Position numbers and translations under genes: made by a program. A stretch of 64,000 bases of DNA, taken from Botryllus schlosseri. Its lineage: Eukaryota. This document shows, piece after piece, positions 39,001 through 49,005 of this stretch; positions within the stretch are counted from its first letter, which is position 1; each line of letters opens with the position of its first letter. The notes beneath the pieces are model-generated. The model was not told the origin of the DNA, did not search any database, and saw only the letters and a list, made by a program, of their open reading frames with translations. The stretch covers positions 18,848,001-18,912,000 of the forward strand of contig CM119385.1 in assembly GCA_051294905.1 (NCBI GenBank). The letters are read 5' to 3'.

Positions 39001-39384
39001 TTACGTCATATATAGAGGTCAAAAGGTAACGTCATTGGATTTCCGCTTTTAATGGGGAATAAGGAATAACCCAAAGATCGACATTTCTATGTATCTGTCT
39101 TTTAGGGGAAGTATGATACTTCACGAAAACCAACAGCATCAATATTCTCGACAATATAGCATGGAACAACATGATACCTGACTCATAGATGATTCCTTTT
39201 AGTCTTCGTTTCGTTTTGGTACGATTATTCGTGAAGTCATCGTCGTCGTCATCATCAACAACAACAACAGGTTTCTTTCCCTTCTTAGGTTTGCTACCTT
39301 TTGGAGCGAAGAAATTTCGGATATCCTAAATACAATTAAAGCATTTTAGACGTTCAAAGATAAAACAGCAGACAAACTAACCAT
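21069..39384 (-). CDS. RFC1: Replication factor C subunit 1, 20 exons
   Basis: Exons 39382-39384 (ATG only), 39178-39325, 36903-36977, 36639-36823, 35208-35301, 34454-35145, 33063-33242, ~29448-29578, 28393-28831, 27846-27965, 27055-27209, 25630-25804, 24784-24906, 24450-24567, 23895-24107, 23747-23840, 22024-22192, 21860-21965, 21211-21302, 21069-21152. Motifs: MDIRNFF, BRCT ([26 protein letters not shown]), LWVDKYRP, Walker [57 protein letters not shown]. Confidence 0.96.
23244..23654. mobile_element. hAT MITE (TAGGGCAAG TIR) in RFC1 intron
   Basis: TAGGGCAAGTTTTTG...CAAAAACTTGCCCTA with 8-bp TSD CTCATTAC (23236-23243, 23655-23662). A second copy lies at 33964-34415. Confidence 0.9.
26260..26632. 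mobile_element. GACTCGAGTC-rich MITE copy
   Basis: Ends GTTACAGCCCTG and contains GACTCG arrays like 37262-38037 in the opposite orientation. TSD not clear. Confidence 0.7.
29032..29421. mobile_element. GACTCGAGTC-rich hAT MITE adjacent to an RFC1 donor site
   Basis: CAGAGTCGTAAC...ATTACAACCTTG with TSD CGAGGAAC/CAAGGAAC (7/8 match). Confidence 0.75.
29598..32396. mobile_element. Charlie-like hAT non-autonomous element (2.8 kb) with nested insertions, in RFC1 intron 7
   Basis: TIR CAGTGGTCGGGAACC...GGTTCCCGACCACTG with perfect 8-bp TSD ATATATAG (29590-29597, 32397-32404). Contains two diverged copies of another repeat (~29960-30700, ~31630-32215). Confidence 0.85.
33964..34415. mobile_element. 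Second copy of the TAGGGCAAG MITE
   Basis: Colinear with 23244-23654 (TAAGGCAAGTTTTTGCAAC...CAAAAACCTGCCCTA). TSD degraded. Confidence 0.8.
37262..38037. mobile_element. GACTCGAGTC-rich hAT MITE in RFC1 intron 2
   Basis: TIR CAGGGTTGTAA...TTACAACCCTG with perfect TSD GCAAATTT (37254-37261, 38038-38045). Internal GAGTCATTCCACATGGC tandem copies. Confidence 0.9.
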
Positions 39385-40314
39385 CTTCTGTCAACTACAA
39401 TGGAACAACGCGACAACAACAAACTACATCAATGTGTTGTGCAGCATTTCGCGGCAAAATATTGACGAATACCTCTTGCCAGAAACAACGAAGGTCAGCC
39501 GTTTGTCCCAAAAGTAGGGGGGGGGGTTGTGAATGCGGTAGCTTTTGGAGTCACATTGTCAGCAGTCGCTCTAAAAGTCATCATCGTCCTCATTTTAATA
39601 TTTTTTTGATCAAATCAATGCACCACAAGATTGCGTTATAATGAAAAGAGTATTCCAAATGTTAATCCATGCCTAGAACCTGGATGTTATTTACAATAAT
39701 CTAGTAAACTGGAATACTCATGGCGATAAAAATGAACAATGTGGCTTGTGATATTGTCGGGGAGTTGCTACTCTTGTCATGAGTCGTTTTAAACGGGTCG
39801 GAAGACAGCAATTTACAGCGTACATATGCTGTAGCTGCGCTGTAAATCGGTATTGGCTCCCCCTCACCTACGTCCTCCCGGCATCTTAGCAAAAGATATC
39901 ATCGAAAGGTCCGATGAAGGACGAATACACAAAAACATGCAAGAGAATGAATAGAGGGAGTAAACGTCAAAAAGAAAGATGTCAGCGTTTAAGATAGAAC
40001 TTGAATACTGTTATATCGGGCATCAATGTTGGTAACACCCAATGATATATCATTAGTAACACCAGTAGGCCCATGGTCCAGGTTCCGTTCAGCTCAGCAT
40101 GATAAGAGAATTTCATCAGATCAAACACCACAAGCTTAAGAATCTTGCGATGCAATGAAGAATAAGAAAGAGTCAGTCACCAGTCAATCAAACTCGCACC
40201 CGGGATTGTAAAGAATGGGGAAATGGTAAAAGGGGCATTTGCACTTGTTGAAAAACAACCTCCGCAGTCCACAATCATGAAGAGACGTGATGCAGCACTA
40301 GGTACAGACCAATG

Positions 40315-40581
40315 ATATATCGTCGCAGTGGAATCAAAGTATCTTATGTCCAGTTTCAAAATTTTGAAGCTCCCTTTTGTAAACTTGAACAAAATCGACT
40401 TTTCAAAGATTTTTTTATTTCTTTTGGGCATATCTTAGCCATGGTTATGTCTGTCTCAGTATATCAAAGTTAATCGGGGCCAATATACGGCTGAAAGAAG
40501 ATGAAAACTTCACTCAAAGTTAATTTTCCCAAAATGTGTCAAATGGACATAAGATACTTTGATTCCACTGCGACGATATAT
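40315..40581. mobile_element. Small MITE with ~38-bp TIR
   Basis: ATATATCGTCGCAGTGGAATCAAAGTATCTTATGTCCA is mirrored at ~40544-40581. The TA-rich ends are compatible with a TA TSD. Confidence 0.8.
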
Positions 40582-40602
40582 ACATGTACTTGTACAATAC
40601 AT

Positions 40603-41708
40603 GGTTGCCAGTAAACTCGCCCCAAAGTAAATTCGGCCCAGGCAAATTCGGCCATTACATCAGTAAATTCGGCCCACCGAGAATATTGTATTAAAATGTA
40701 TTACCAACCGTTAACATGAATTAATTACATAATTATACTATTATTAAGTGATTTGGATGTCAGGGTATGCGTAGATCGCGTAATCACGGGAGATAGCGCG
40801 GATATTCACGGGGACCGAATTTACCGACGGCCGAATTCACCGGTCAATTCACTGGTTACTCGGTCAATTCTGCCCTCGGAGAATTTTTTATGAAAATGTA
40901 TTACCAACTATTAATGTGAATTAATTTCATAATTATATTATTATCAAGTGATTTGGAGAACAGGGTATGCGTATAAATACATATATGTATATATTTATGC
41001 CAATGTTTATGGGGCCGAATTTACCGACAGCCGACTTCAATCGGTATATTCGGCCCTCGGAGAACATTGTGTGAAATTGTATTACGAACTAATAATGTGT
41101 ATTATATTACATAATTATAATATTATCTAACCTGAACCCTAACACTAATCCTAACCCTAATTCTAACCTAACCCTAATCCTAACCTAACCCTAACCTAAC
41201 CCTAATCCTAAACCGAATCCTAACCTAACCCTAATCCTAACCTAACCTAACGTAACCCTAACCTAATCCTAACCCTAACGCTAATCCTAACCCTAAACCT
41301 ACTAATAACTAATAACTAATAATGTGTATTATATTACATAATTATAATATTATCAAGTGATTTGGAGGTTAGGGGTTAGGTTTAGGGTTAGGATTAGGGT
41401 TAGGTTAGGGTTAGGATTAGGGTTAGGTTAGGTTAGGATTAGGGTTAGGTTAGGATTAGGGTTAGGTTAAGATTAGGGTTAGGATTAGGGTTAGGTTAGG
41501 ATTAGGGTTAGGTTAGGATTAGAGTTAGGTTAGGATTAGGGTTAGGATTCAGGTTAGGTAATGGTATTGTAACTGTTATTGTTACTCTGGCCCTGGCCGA
41601 ATTTGCCGAGGGCCGAATTTACCGAGGGCCGAATTCACCGACGGCCAAAGTGACCGAGGGCCGAATTCGACGGGCCGAATTTACTTTGGGGCGAGTTTAC
41701 TGGCAACC
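40603..41708. mobile_element. 1.1-kb TIR element carrying inverted telomere-like repeat arrays
   Basis: Perfect 37-bp TIR GGTTGCCAGTAAACTCGCCCCAAAGTAAATTCGGCCC and perfect 8-bp TSD CAATACAT (40595-40602, 41709-41716). Subterminal GGCCGAATT repeats; (CCCTAA/CCTAA)n at ~41127-41302 and (TTAGGG/TTAGG)n at ~41368-41559. Confidence 0.9.
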
Positions 41709-42845
41709 CAATACATATCATTGGATGTTAGAGTAGAGGATCGCTACTGATGCGTGTCGTTCGACATCCTCCTATCTGTTCATGATATCGCATTGTGTCT
41801 TATCGCATTGTACATTGTGTGTAATTTGTTCATATGAAAAATATAACCCAACGACATATGTATATAAGACATATATATAAAAACATACATATATGATTTT
41901 GTCGTTCTCTGATATTACCATGAGCCATACAAATCACTCGAATCTATTTTATGTCTTGCCAGAATACCCACACCATTGTGCTAATGTGCTTTACATTCGA
42001 TACATATGATATAATATGATTGCTGTCGTATTTTGCAACGGGGGTTATATATTGTATGGAAACGTTGAACATGCAAGAGTTTGCGTTGTATATAGGCAAG
42101 GGCATTGCAAATCTATAGTGATGGTGCTAAATAGGACAGTCGGTACACGCACAGTAAGGTCAATCGCGTGAACAAAAAGTATATACAATATACACTATAC
42201 AGTCACTTTGCGCACCGCACTGCTGGCTGACACTTGACAGCGGACACATTGTCGTCGACTCGTCGTTATTGTATAATGCACGTAGCGGCTGTCCTTACCT
42301 TATTGTGCTCGGAGAAACTGCTCATTTTGAAACATCTTCAGATTTGTGATCTATATATGTAATTGAATACCGTACCGTATGAAATTTGAATGTTGACATC
42401 GACATGTATACAAATGAATGGGATTTGAATGTTAGAAACTGGAATCTCGGTAAGTTTTGCCTAATATAACAGGTGAGCAGCGATGATTCTCCAAGTTTAA
42501 GTAATTTGATGAAAAATAATGAAAAATAAAGAATTGTGTGAGCACAGGACACTGATTCTATAGTAGAACAATGATTGAAGCAACTTTTCATATTTGGATT
42601 GGAAATGAACGATTTGGATTTTATGCGCGGACTGTCCTGTTGTGTTCTGTGTGACTGTCCTATACGTGGAAATGATTGAAATTTCTATTTACATAAAAAC
42701 GAGTATATTTGAAATTTGAATTTAAGATATGGTACAGGTTTATATTTTGAGCACAAACTTTCCTTATTTATTGTGCCGTGTCCTGTTGTGCACATGACTG
42801 ACTGACTGACCGACCTTATTGAGCACTCAGTTGCAATTGCACCAA

Positions 42846-42866
42846 CCCCCCCCCCCCCCCCCCCCC
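42846..42866. repeat. Poly-C tract (~21 nt)
   Basis: Run of C between ACCAA and GCTT, followed upstream by a short (ACTG)n at ~42797-42810. Confidence 0.9.
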
Positions 42867-43089
42867 GCTTGCAAATATAAGCAAGAGATCACTTTCCATA
42901 GACAACACAAGATAAAAGGCATGTTGCATAAATGCAGATTTTGTGGTATACCGGTAGCGTTGGGTTTGATCTATTTATTGGGTAGATGGGCTCGTAACCA
43001 AACTCATGTATGTGTGTGTTGCTCTGTGTCGGTGTCGTAGTTTCCACCTCATTGCCCCTTTGTTTTATCATTATATACCAACTTGTAAG

Positions 43090-43918
43090 CAGTGACTCAA
43101 GTACGGTAACCTTTTTTGTATGACTTGACTTGACTCGAGTCACTTTGCTTAAATGACTTGACTTGACTCCGGCATATCAGAAATGTGGATTGACTCGTGA
43201 CTCGGAGCTATAATTCACGAGTCAATTTCAAGTCATCAAAAAGTCGGTGTCGATAAAAATCACTATATCTTGCATATGGTCGGATTATTTGCAAAATGCT
43301 GGTGTAACCCTTGAGAGCGAGCAATCATTCAATGATCGTGCGTGTTACTGAGCCTCCCTTGTTCTCTCACAAATAAATTGACCGCAAACTAGTATAGTAG
43401 AGTAATTTAATAGCAAAATATTCATTTCTGTTCTCTGTTCTTACCTTAACAAAACCTCTTGTTGTATTGAAATTGAATTTGAAATTGAATATAGTTTATA
43501 TAGTCCTCAACCATTGAAACGCGGTCTCGAATTGTATCATACCAATTTGTAGATGGGTAATGTATTGCATCTTATCAATTCGTTTCTCTAGTTTGGCTGG
43601 TAACTATAAACTGAGGCTGTGCAGTGTGCAATTACGTAGTTTAGCAACTTTGCTGTATATATGCGAGTGATCTTCTTACATGTGTATTAACTATATATTC
43701 GTTTATTGGTTCAGAATCAATGACCACTTAATCTGTATTTCAGACAGTTAGCAAAATGCAATGACGTAATCATGCCTCGTACTTCAAAAAGGCAACTTGA
43801 CTTGAATTGTGACTTGACTTGACTCAAGTCACTTTCAAAAATCGATCGACTTGACTTGACTCAAGTCAAAATGTGCAATGACTCGTGACTCGAAGGTAGT
43901 GACTTGATCCAAACACTG
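43090..43918. mobile_element. GACTT/GACTCGAGTC hAT MITE ~290 bp upstream of the THOC2 ATG
   Basis: CAGTG...AAACACTG with TSD CTTGTAAG (43082-43089, 43919-43926). Confidence 0.85.
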
Positions 43919-44210
43919 CTTGTAAGTGGCATATATATGTATATCAGCCAAGTGCGAGGACTCATTTGACCTTGACTAGCCTTACAATATTAGTTCATGG
44001 TGTCTGGCCTATATCATGCAACGCCAGTGTATGTATGCAACCTCCGACACCAACCCTATCGATTGTCTACTATATTATATTGGTTGTAAAACATGACCTG
44101 TTTATGAATTAAAGAATGATCGTTCCGTAAGTATAAATGAGAGAATCAAGTAAACCATGTACTTCTTTTATTCAGCAATTCTCCTGTCCTAGCTGCTAAA
44201 CAGGGAAATT

Positions 44211-47200
44211 ATGATAGGAGTAAATTTCAAAGTCGTTTCAAACGAAATAGCTAGCGACTGGGAGAAAACTGGAAAGCAGCAGGTTCTCTCGAAGTGCCTG
44301 GAAATACTCCGATCTCAGAAGTCTTTTGTCAACACAGCCAAAGACAGAGATGTCCGAAGGATACTCTATGAAGTAATATGGCAATTGCTTCAGAAAAAAT
44401 TAAAAAACGACAACGTTGCTTTGCTGATAACCGCCATCAAAGAGAAGCATCCTCATATATCTTCCACAATGGTTGATGTGTTTTCAATGGTAGACACCGA
44501 GATTGTAGCAACCGGTGTGAAACTGTACCGAGACAGGCTAATATCATTGATTACATCGTGTCGAGACATTGTTGGGATTCAATTGTTGAAGGAAAGGCTC
44601 GATGTAGAAACTTTGGAAGCTCTGAAGCTAATTTCAAACACCAAGCAATTCCAGCAGAAATACATAAAAACGAAGACGAGATTGTTTTACAAGCAGCAAA
44701 AGTTTAACCTTCTACGCGAAGAAATGGAAGGTTATTCCAAACTTGCATCTGAGCTTGGTCAATTGGAGAATAAAGATGAAGGCGCAGTGTATCTTCTTGA
44801 AAATATCAAGTCGCTAATCGGATGCTTCAATATCGATCCGAATCGTGTGCTGGATATAATATTAGAGGCGTTCGAATGCCACCCGCAATTCGCGATCCAA
44901 GTATTTGTGCCGTTATTGAACAACTACCTACTGCTTTGTGAAAGATCGACTATTTGTCAATTGCTCGGTTTCAAATTTGCGCATTACCAGGAAATCGGAC
45001 TGAAGACACCGGACTCGTTATACACCGTTGCAGCACTTCTAATACAACATGATCTGGTGGACATTGATGATTTACTACTCCATTTAGTGCCGGGGGACGA
45101 CGAATTGGTGGCGGAATGGACCAAAATTGTTGACGCGGCAAAGGAGAAAGTCCGTAAAATGAACATAGTCAGTCTTTCGGGGGCTGACAAAACTGATGAA
45201 AATGAAGAGAAGGCAGAACCACCAAAGTTAGAGAACCAAAAATTCGGTCTTTGCCAAGGCCTGCTTAGAGTCGGCGACTGGAGTAACGCCAAGAAACTTC
45301 TCGAGTATTATGAGACCAATCATATGATGGCGCAAGACACATTAGTACACGCCCTTTGTCACTTGATTTCTGCCATGGTGGATCCGTTCTACAGGCGTGT
45401 GGCTTCAGTTAAAGGCTCGTTATCTTTGCCAGCGGCTACTTTGAAACACGGAACCGTCTCGCACCGCGTTGAAAGGTACGAGGATTTGACCGAAAACATA
45501 TTCAGCATGCTGGACGTGCTCGGACCGAGGCTGTCTTTGGATCCGCTGTTGATGGCGAAAATGGTGCGTATCGGAAGAATGTTTTTCAACGAGTATCACA
45601 ACTCTGATACTGTACAGCAGAATAAGTGGCGTGCTGTGTACGGTGGCTTTCTCGGCGCTACCGCTAATGTGTTTTTGCCTGCTCTCTCTCTATTGCAATC
45701 AAACGCTAATATGTCCGAAGAAGTCTGGGTGATGTTACAAGTTTTGCCGTACCAACAACGGTACCGTTTGTACGGGGAGTGGAAGAACGACGCGTACGGC
45801 AGACATCCGGACATGATGCTTGTACAAGCCAACACGGTAGACAGAACCAAGTATATCATGCGTAGGCTGACGAAAGAGAACGTGAAACAGTCCGGCCGGC
45901 AAATGGGTAAATTGAGTCACGGCAATCCTGTCATTTTGTTCGATTGCATTTTAAATCAGATACAGCGCTACGACAACATGATAAATCCTGTCGTAGACGC
46001 GTTCAAGTATCTCACCAACCTTACTTACGACGCTCTCGCGTTTTGTATCATAGAAGCGCTCGCGAATCCGCAAAAGGAACGGATGAAATATGACGACACG
46101 AACATATCTGACTGGCTTCAAAGTCTGGCGTCATTTAGCGGCGCTGTGTTTAAGAAATATTCGATAGAGCTGTCTGGTTTACTGCAGTACGTCGCGAATC
46201 AGTTGAAAGCCGGTAAAAGTTTGGATTTACTGATTTTAAAGGAGGTGGTGCAGAAAATGTCCGGTGTCGAAGTGTCGGAAGAAGTGACTAAGGACCAATT
46301 GGAAGCGCTCGGCGGCGGTGAACTGCTAAAAGCTGAGGGTGGGTACTTCGGACAGATACGAAACACGAAAAAGTCTTCGAACAGACTGAAGGAAGCTCTT
46401 TTGGGGCAGAAGCTGGAATTGCCGATGTGCGTTTTGATATCGCAACACCGTCACGCTATTGTGTTTGAAGAAGGGGAACAAAAGCATTTGAAATTAGTCG
46501 GCAAGCTAACCGATCAATGCCACGACACGCTGGTTCAATTCGGGAATTTCCTGTCCATCCATTTAAGCATGGATGAATACGTGAAGAGGTTTCCTCCTAT
46601 CGACACTCTAGCGAGAGAGTATCACACTCCTGTCGATGTGGCTTTTTTCCTGTCCAGACCCATGTACGCGCATCAAATCAGTTCCAAGTACGACGAGATG
46701 AGGCGGCAGGAAAAGTCGAAGCAAAAATCTACGTCGCAAGAGAAAAACGCGCGCTTCGTAAACGCCTGTCGCGCCGTCATGGCGCCTGTGTGTGATATGA
46801 TAAAGAGTACGCAACCTGATAAAATCTGGCAGGATGTGTCGCCGCAGTTTTACGCCACGTTCTGGTCGCTTAGCCTGTACGACGTGCAGGTGCCAGGTGA
46901 GGCTTACGACCGGGAAATCGCAAAATTAAAGCAGCAGGTCGACGAGATGCAGCAGGAGGGGTCGCACGATAATCGGAAGCGTAGGGAAAGGGAGAGATGC
47001 GAGTCTCTGGCCGCGAAGCTAAAAGAGGAGCAGCGGAAACAAGAAGAGCACCGTGCCAGAGTGCGTGCTCGGCTTAAAAGCGAGCGGGAAAGCTGGTTTT
47101 TAGCGCGCACTTCGAAAAACGACGCTATCACCAAATTCTTGCAGCTGTGCGTGTTTCCGCGGTGCGTTTTCTCGCCTTTGGACGCGGTGTACTGTGCGAG

Positions 47201-48341
47201 GTTCGTGCATTTGATGCACTTGCTGCGCACGCCGAATTTTTCAACGCTGCTGTGTTTCGACCGCGTTTTCTCGGATATATCGTACACGGTGACGTGCTTC
47301 AGCGAAAACGAAGCGTCCAGGTACGGACGTTTTCTGTGCTCCATGCTCGAGATCGTGGTTAAATGGCATAAAGATCGCGACGTGTACGAGAAAGAGTGTA
47401 AGAATTACCCGGGGTTTGTTACGGTGCTGCGTACCAACGCGACGGACGGCGCCAGCAAAGCGAACCATCTGGATTACGAGAATTTCCGGCACGTTTGCCA
47501 CAAGTGGCAGTTTAAACTCACCAAAGCTCTAGTCGTGTGTCTCGATTCGAAGGAGTATTGCGCGATACGTAACGCGCTCGTGATACTGACCAAAATCTTG
47601 CCTTGTTTTCCGATGGTGACCGCGCTCGGGTCCGCTTTAGAAAAGCGCGTTGAGAAGATAAAAGAGGAGAAGGAAAAGAGGCCTGATTTGTACGCGCTGG
47701 CGATGGGATACTCTGGTCAGTTGAGGGCCAGACGGCCGTTTATGGTGCCCGAACAGGAGTTTCATTTAAAAGATATGACCAAAGTGAACCAGGCGAGGTC
47801 AAAGCACGCCGACGGTGACGCTAAGGTCAAAGTGAAGACTGAAAATGACGAAGCGAAAAGGTCGAAATCGCAGACCAAAGAGAAGAGGGAATCGATCGAT
47901 AAAAGTAAGGAACGTGCGAAAAGCAGGGATAAGGTGTCTGCGGAAGTTGATGCTGCTGTTGGGAACAGCAATGCTGTGCCGGAAAAAGAATCTAGGAAAT
48001 CATCGGTGGCGAAATCTCCGGTAAAGTCGCGGGGCAGTAGCGCGACGCGAGCCGTGGATAATGAAGAACGGGAGCGTAAACGGCGTAAGGTTGACGGGGC
48101 TGGGGCGAAAACGGAAAGTCGTAAGGAGAAGAGGTCAAAGAGCTCGACGCGGGACGAGGACGAGAGGAGGGCTGCGAAGGAGGCGAAAAGGGCCAGGGCG
48201 GAGAATGGCGGTGGAGCAGGGGACGAAGGACGCGCCAGGGAGAAGCACAAGAAGTCCGACGGGGGAGAGAAAGTGAAGAAGAGCGTGGAGAGAGAGTCTA
48301 GGAAGGCGAGCAGGGAGAGAGGCACGAGGCACGCGCGATGA
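44211..48341 (+). CDS. THOC2: THO complex subunit 2, single-exon 1376-aa ORF
   Basis: Motifs: LLKERLDVETLE, KTKTRLFYKQQKFNLLREEMEGYSKLASEL, LIGCFNIDPNRVLDIILEAFE, VFLPALSL, RYRLYGEWKN, KYIMRRLTKENVKQSGRQMGKLSH, FYATFWSLSLYD, FLQLCVFPRCVFS, NFSTLLCFDR, GYSGQL, and a charged low-complexity tail. Confidence 0.97.
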   Translation: MIGVNFKVVSNEIASDWEKTGKQQVLSKCLEILRSQKSFVNTAKDRDVRRILYEVIWQLLQKKLKNDNVALLITAIKEKHPHISSTMVDVFSMVDTEIVATGVKLYRDRLISLITSCRDIVGIQLLKERLDVETLEALKLISNTKQFQQKYIKTKTRLFYKQQKFNLLREEMEGYSKLASELGQLENKDEGAVYLLENIKSLIGCFNIDPNRVLDIILEAFECHPQFAIQVFVPLLNNYLLLCERSTICQLLGFKFAHYQEIGLKTPDSLYTVAALLIQHDLVDIDDLLLHLVPGDDELVAEWTKIVDAAKEKVRKMNIVSLSGADKTDENEEKAEPPKLENQKFGLCQGLLRVGDWSNAKKLLEYYETNHMMAQDTLVHALCHLISAMVDPFYRRVASVKGSLSLPAATLKHGTVSHRVERYEDLTENIFSMLDVLGPRLSLDPLLMAKMVRIGRMFFNEYHNSDTVQQNKWRAVYGGFLGATANVFLPALSLLQSNANMSEEVWVMLQVLPYQQRYRLYGEWKNDAYGRHPDMMLVQANTVDRTKYIMRRLTKENVKQSGRQMGKLSHGNPVILFDCILNQIQRYDNMINPVVDAFKYLTNLTYDALAFCIIEALANPQKERMKYDDTNISDWLQSLASFSGAVFKKYSIELSGLLQYVANQLKAGKSLDLLILKEVVQKMSGVEVSEEVTKDQLEALGGGELLKAEGGYFGQIRNTKKSSNRLKEALLGQKLELPMCVLISQHRHAIVFEEGEQKHLKLVGKLTDQCHDTLVQFGNFLSIHLSMDEYVKRFPPIDTLAREYHTPVDVAFFLSRPMYAHQISSKYDEMRRQEKSKQKSTSQEKNARFVNACRAVMAPVCDMIKSTQPDKIWQDVSPQFYATFWSLSLYDVQVPGEAYDREIAKLKQQVDEMQQEGSHDNRKRRERERCESLAAKLKEEQRKQEEHRARVRARLKSERESWFLARTSKNDAITKFLQLCVFPRCVFSPLDAVYCARFVHLMHLLRTPNFSTLLCFDRVFSDISYTVTCFSENEASRYGRFLCSMLEIVVKWHKDRDVYEKECKNYPGFVTVLRTNATDGASKANHLDYENFRHVCHKWQFKLTKALVVCLDSKEYCAIRNALVILTKILPCFPMVTALGSALEKRVEKIKEEKEKRPDLYALAMGYSGQLRARRPFMVPEQEFHLKDMTKVNQARSKHADGDAKVKVKTENDEAKRSKSQTKEKRESIDKSKERAKSRDKVSAEVDAAVGNSNAVPEKESRKSSVAKSPVKSRGSSATRAVDNEERERKRRKVDGAGAKTESRKEKRSKSSTRDEDERRAAKEAKRARAENGGGAGDEGRAREKHKKSDGGEKVKKSVERESRKASRERGTRHAR

Positions 48342-49005
48342 TGTCGGACTGATTATTTTGTGACGTAGTCGATGATGTCACAAAGACTTTTCTCCAGGTC
48401 TTCTCAAAATCACTTTCCACGAGTGTAGTCGGTGAAATCGCAAGGACTTTTCATGAGTGTAATCCATGGGTTCTTAAACTGGAGTCCCGCCGACTAGTTT
48501 TAAGTGTTGACGAGGCGCAATTGGCAAAAGTGATGACCTTGGTCCATTTAGTTTTCAACTTTCCAAATTTTGTGCCAGTACACTAAATTTTACTAGACGC
48601 ATGCAACGATGCAGAAATTTTTTGGTCCTGGCTAAAAATGTTTAAGATTCCCTGCTGTCACAATGGCATTTCTGCGGGTAACTAAAATCTTTCCAGAGCG
48701 CATCTTTCATCCTGGGCCAAGTCGCATGCATGACTGAAACTGCCGTTTATATCAATCGTCCAGTGCCATTTGTGAGTAGCGTATTTTTCACGACCCAGTG
48801 TCGGTTTGTTCCTAGGCCACGCACGCGCCGATGCGATTGTACACTGCCTCGCCGCCGTTCAAGTTTTGATGTTGTCGCAACCAATCAGCATCCTTTTTAA
48901 AGGTCTCGTGTGCTTTGCAACTCTATCGTTAACAATGATTTTGTATATTCTTTTCATTAGGTGTCATAGATAGATACATACCGGTAAGTAAATTTATTTT
49001 AAAAA

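Noticed and set aside
41127-41559. Ancestral telomere-telomere fusion site
   Set aside because: The orientation is (CCCTAA)n...(TTAGGG)n, opposite to a fusion, and the arrays lie within a TIR/TSD-bounded element.
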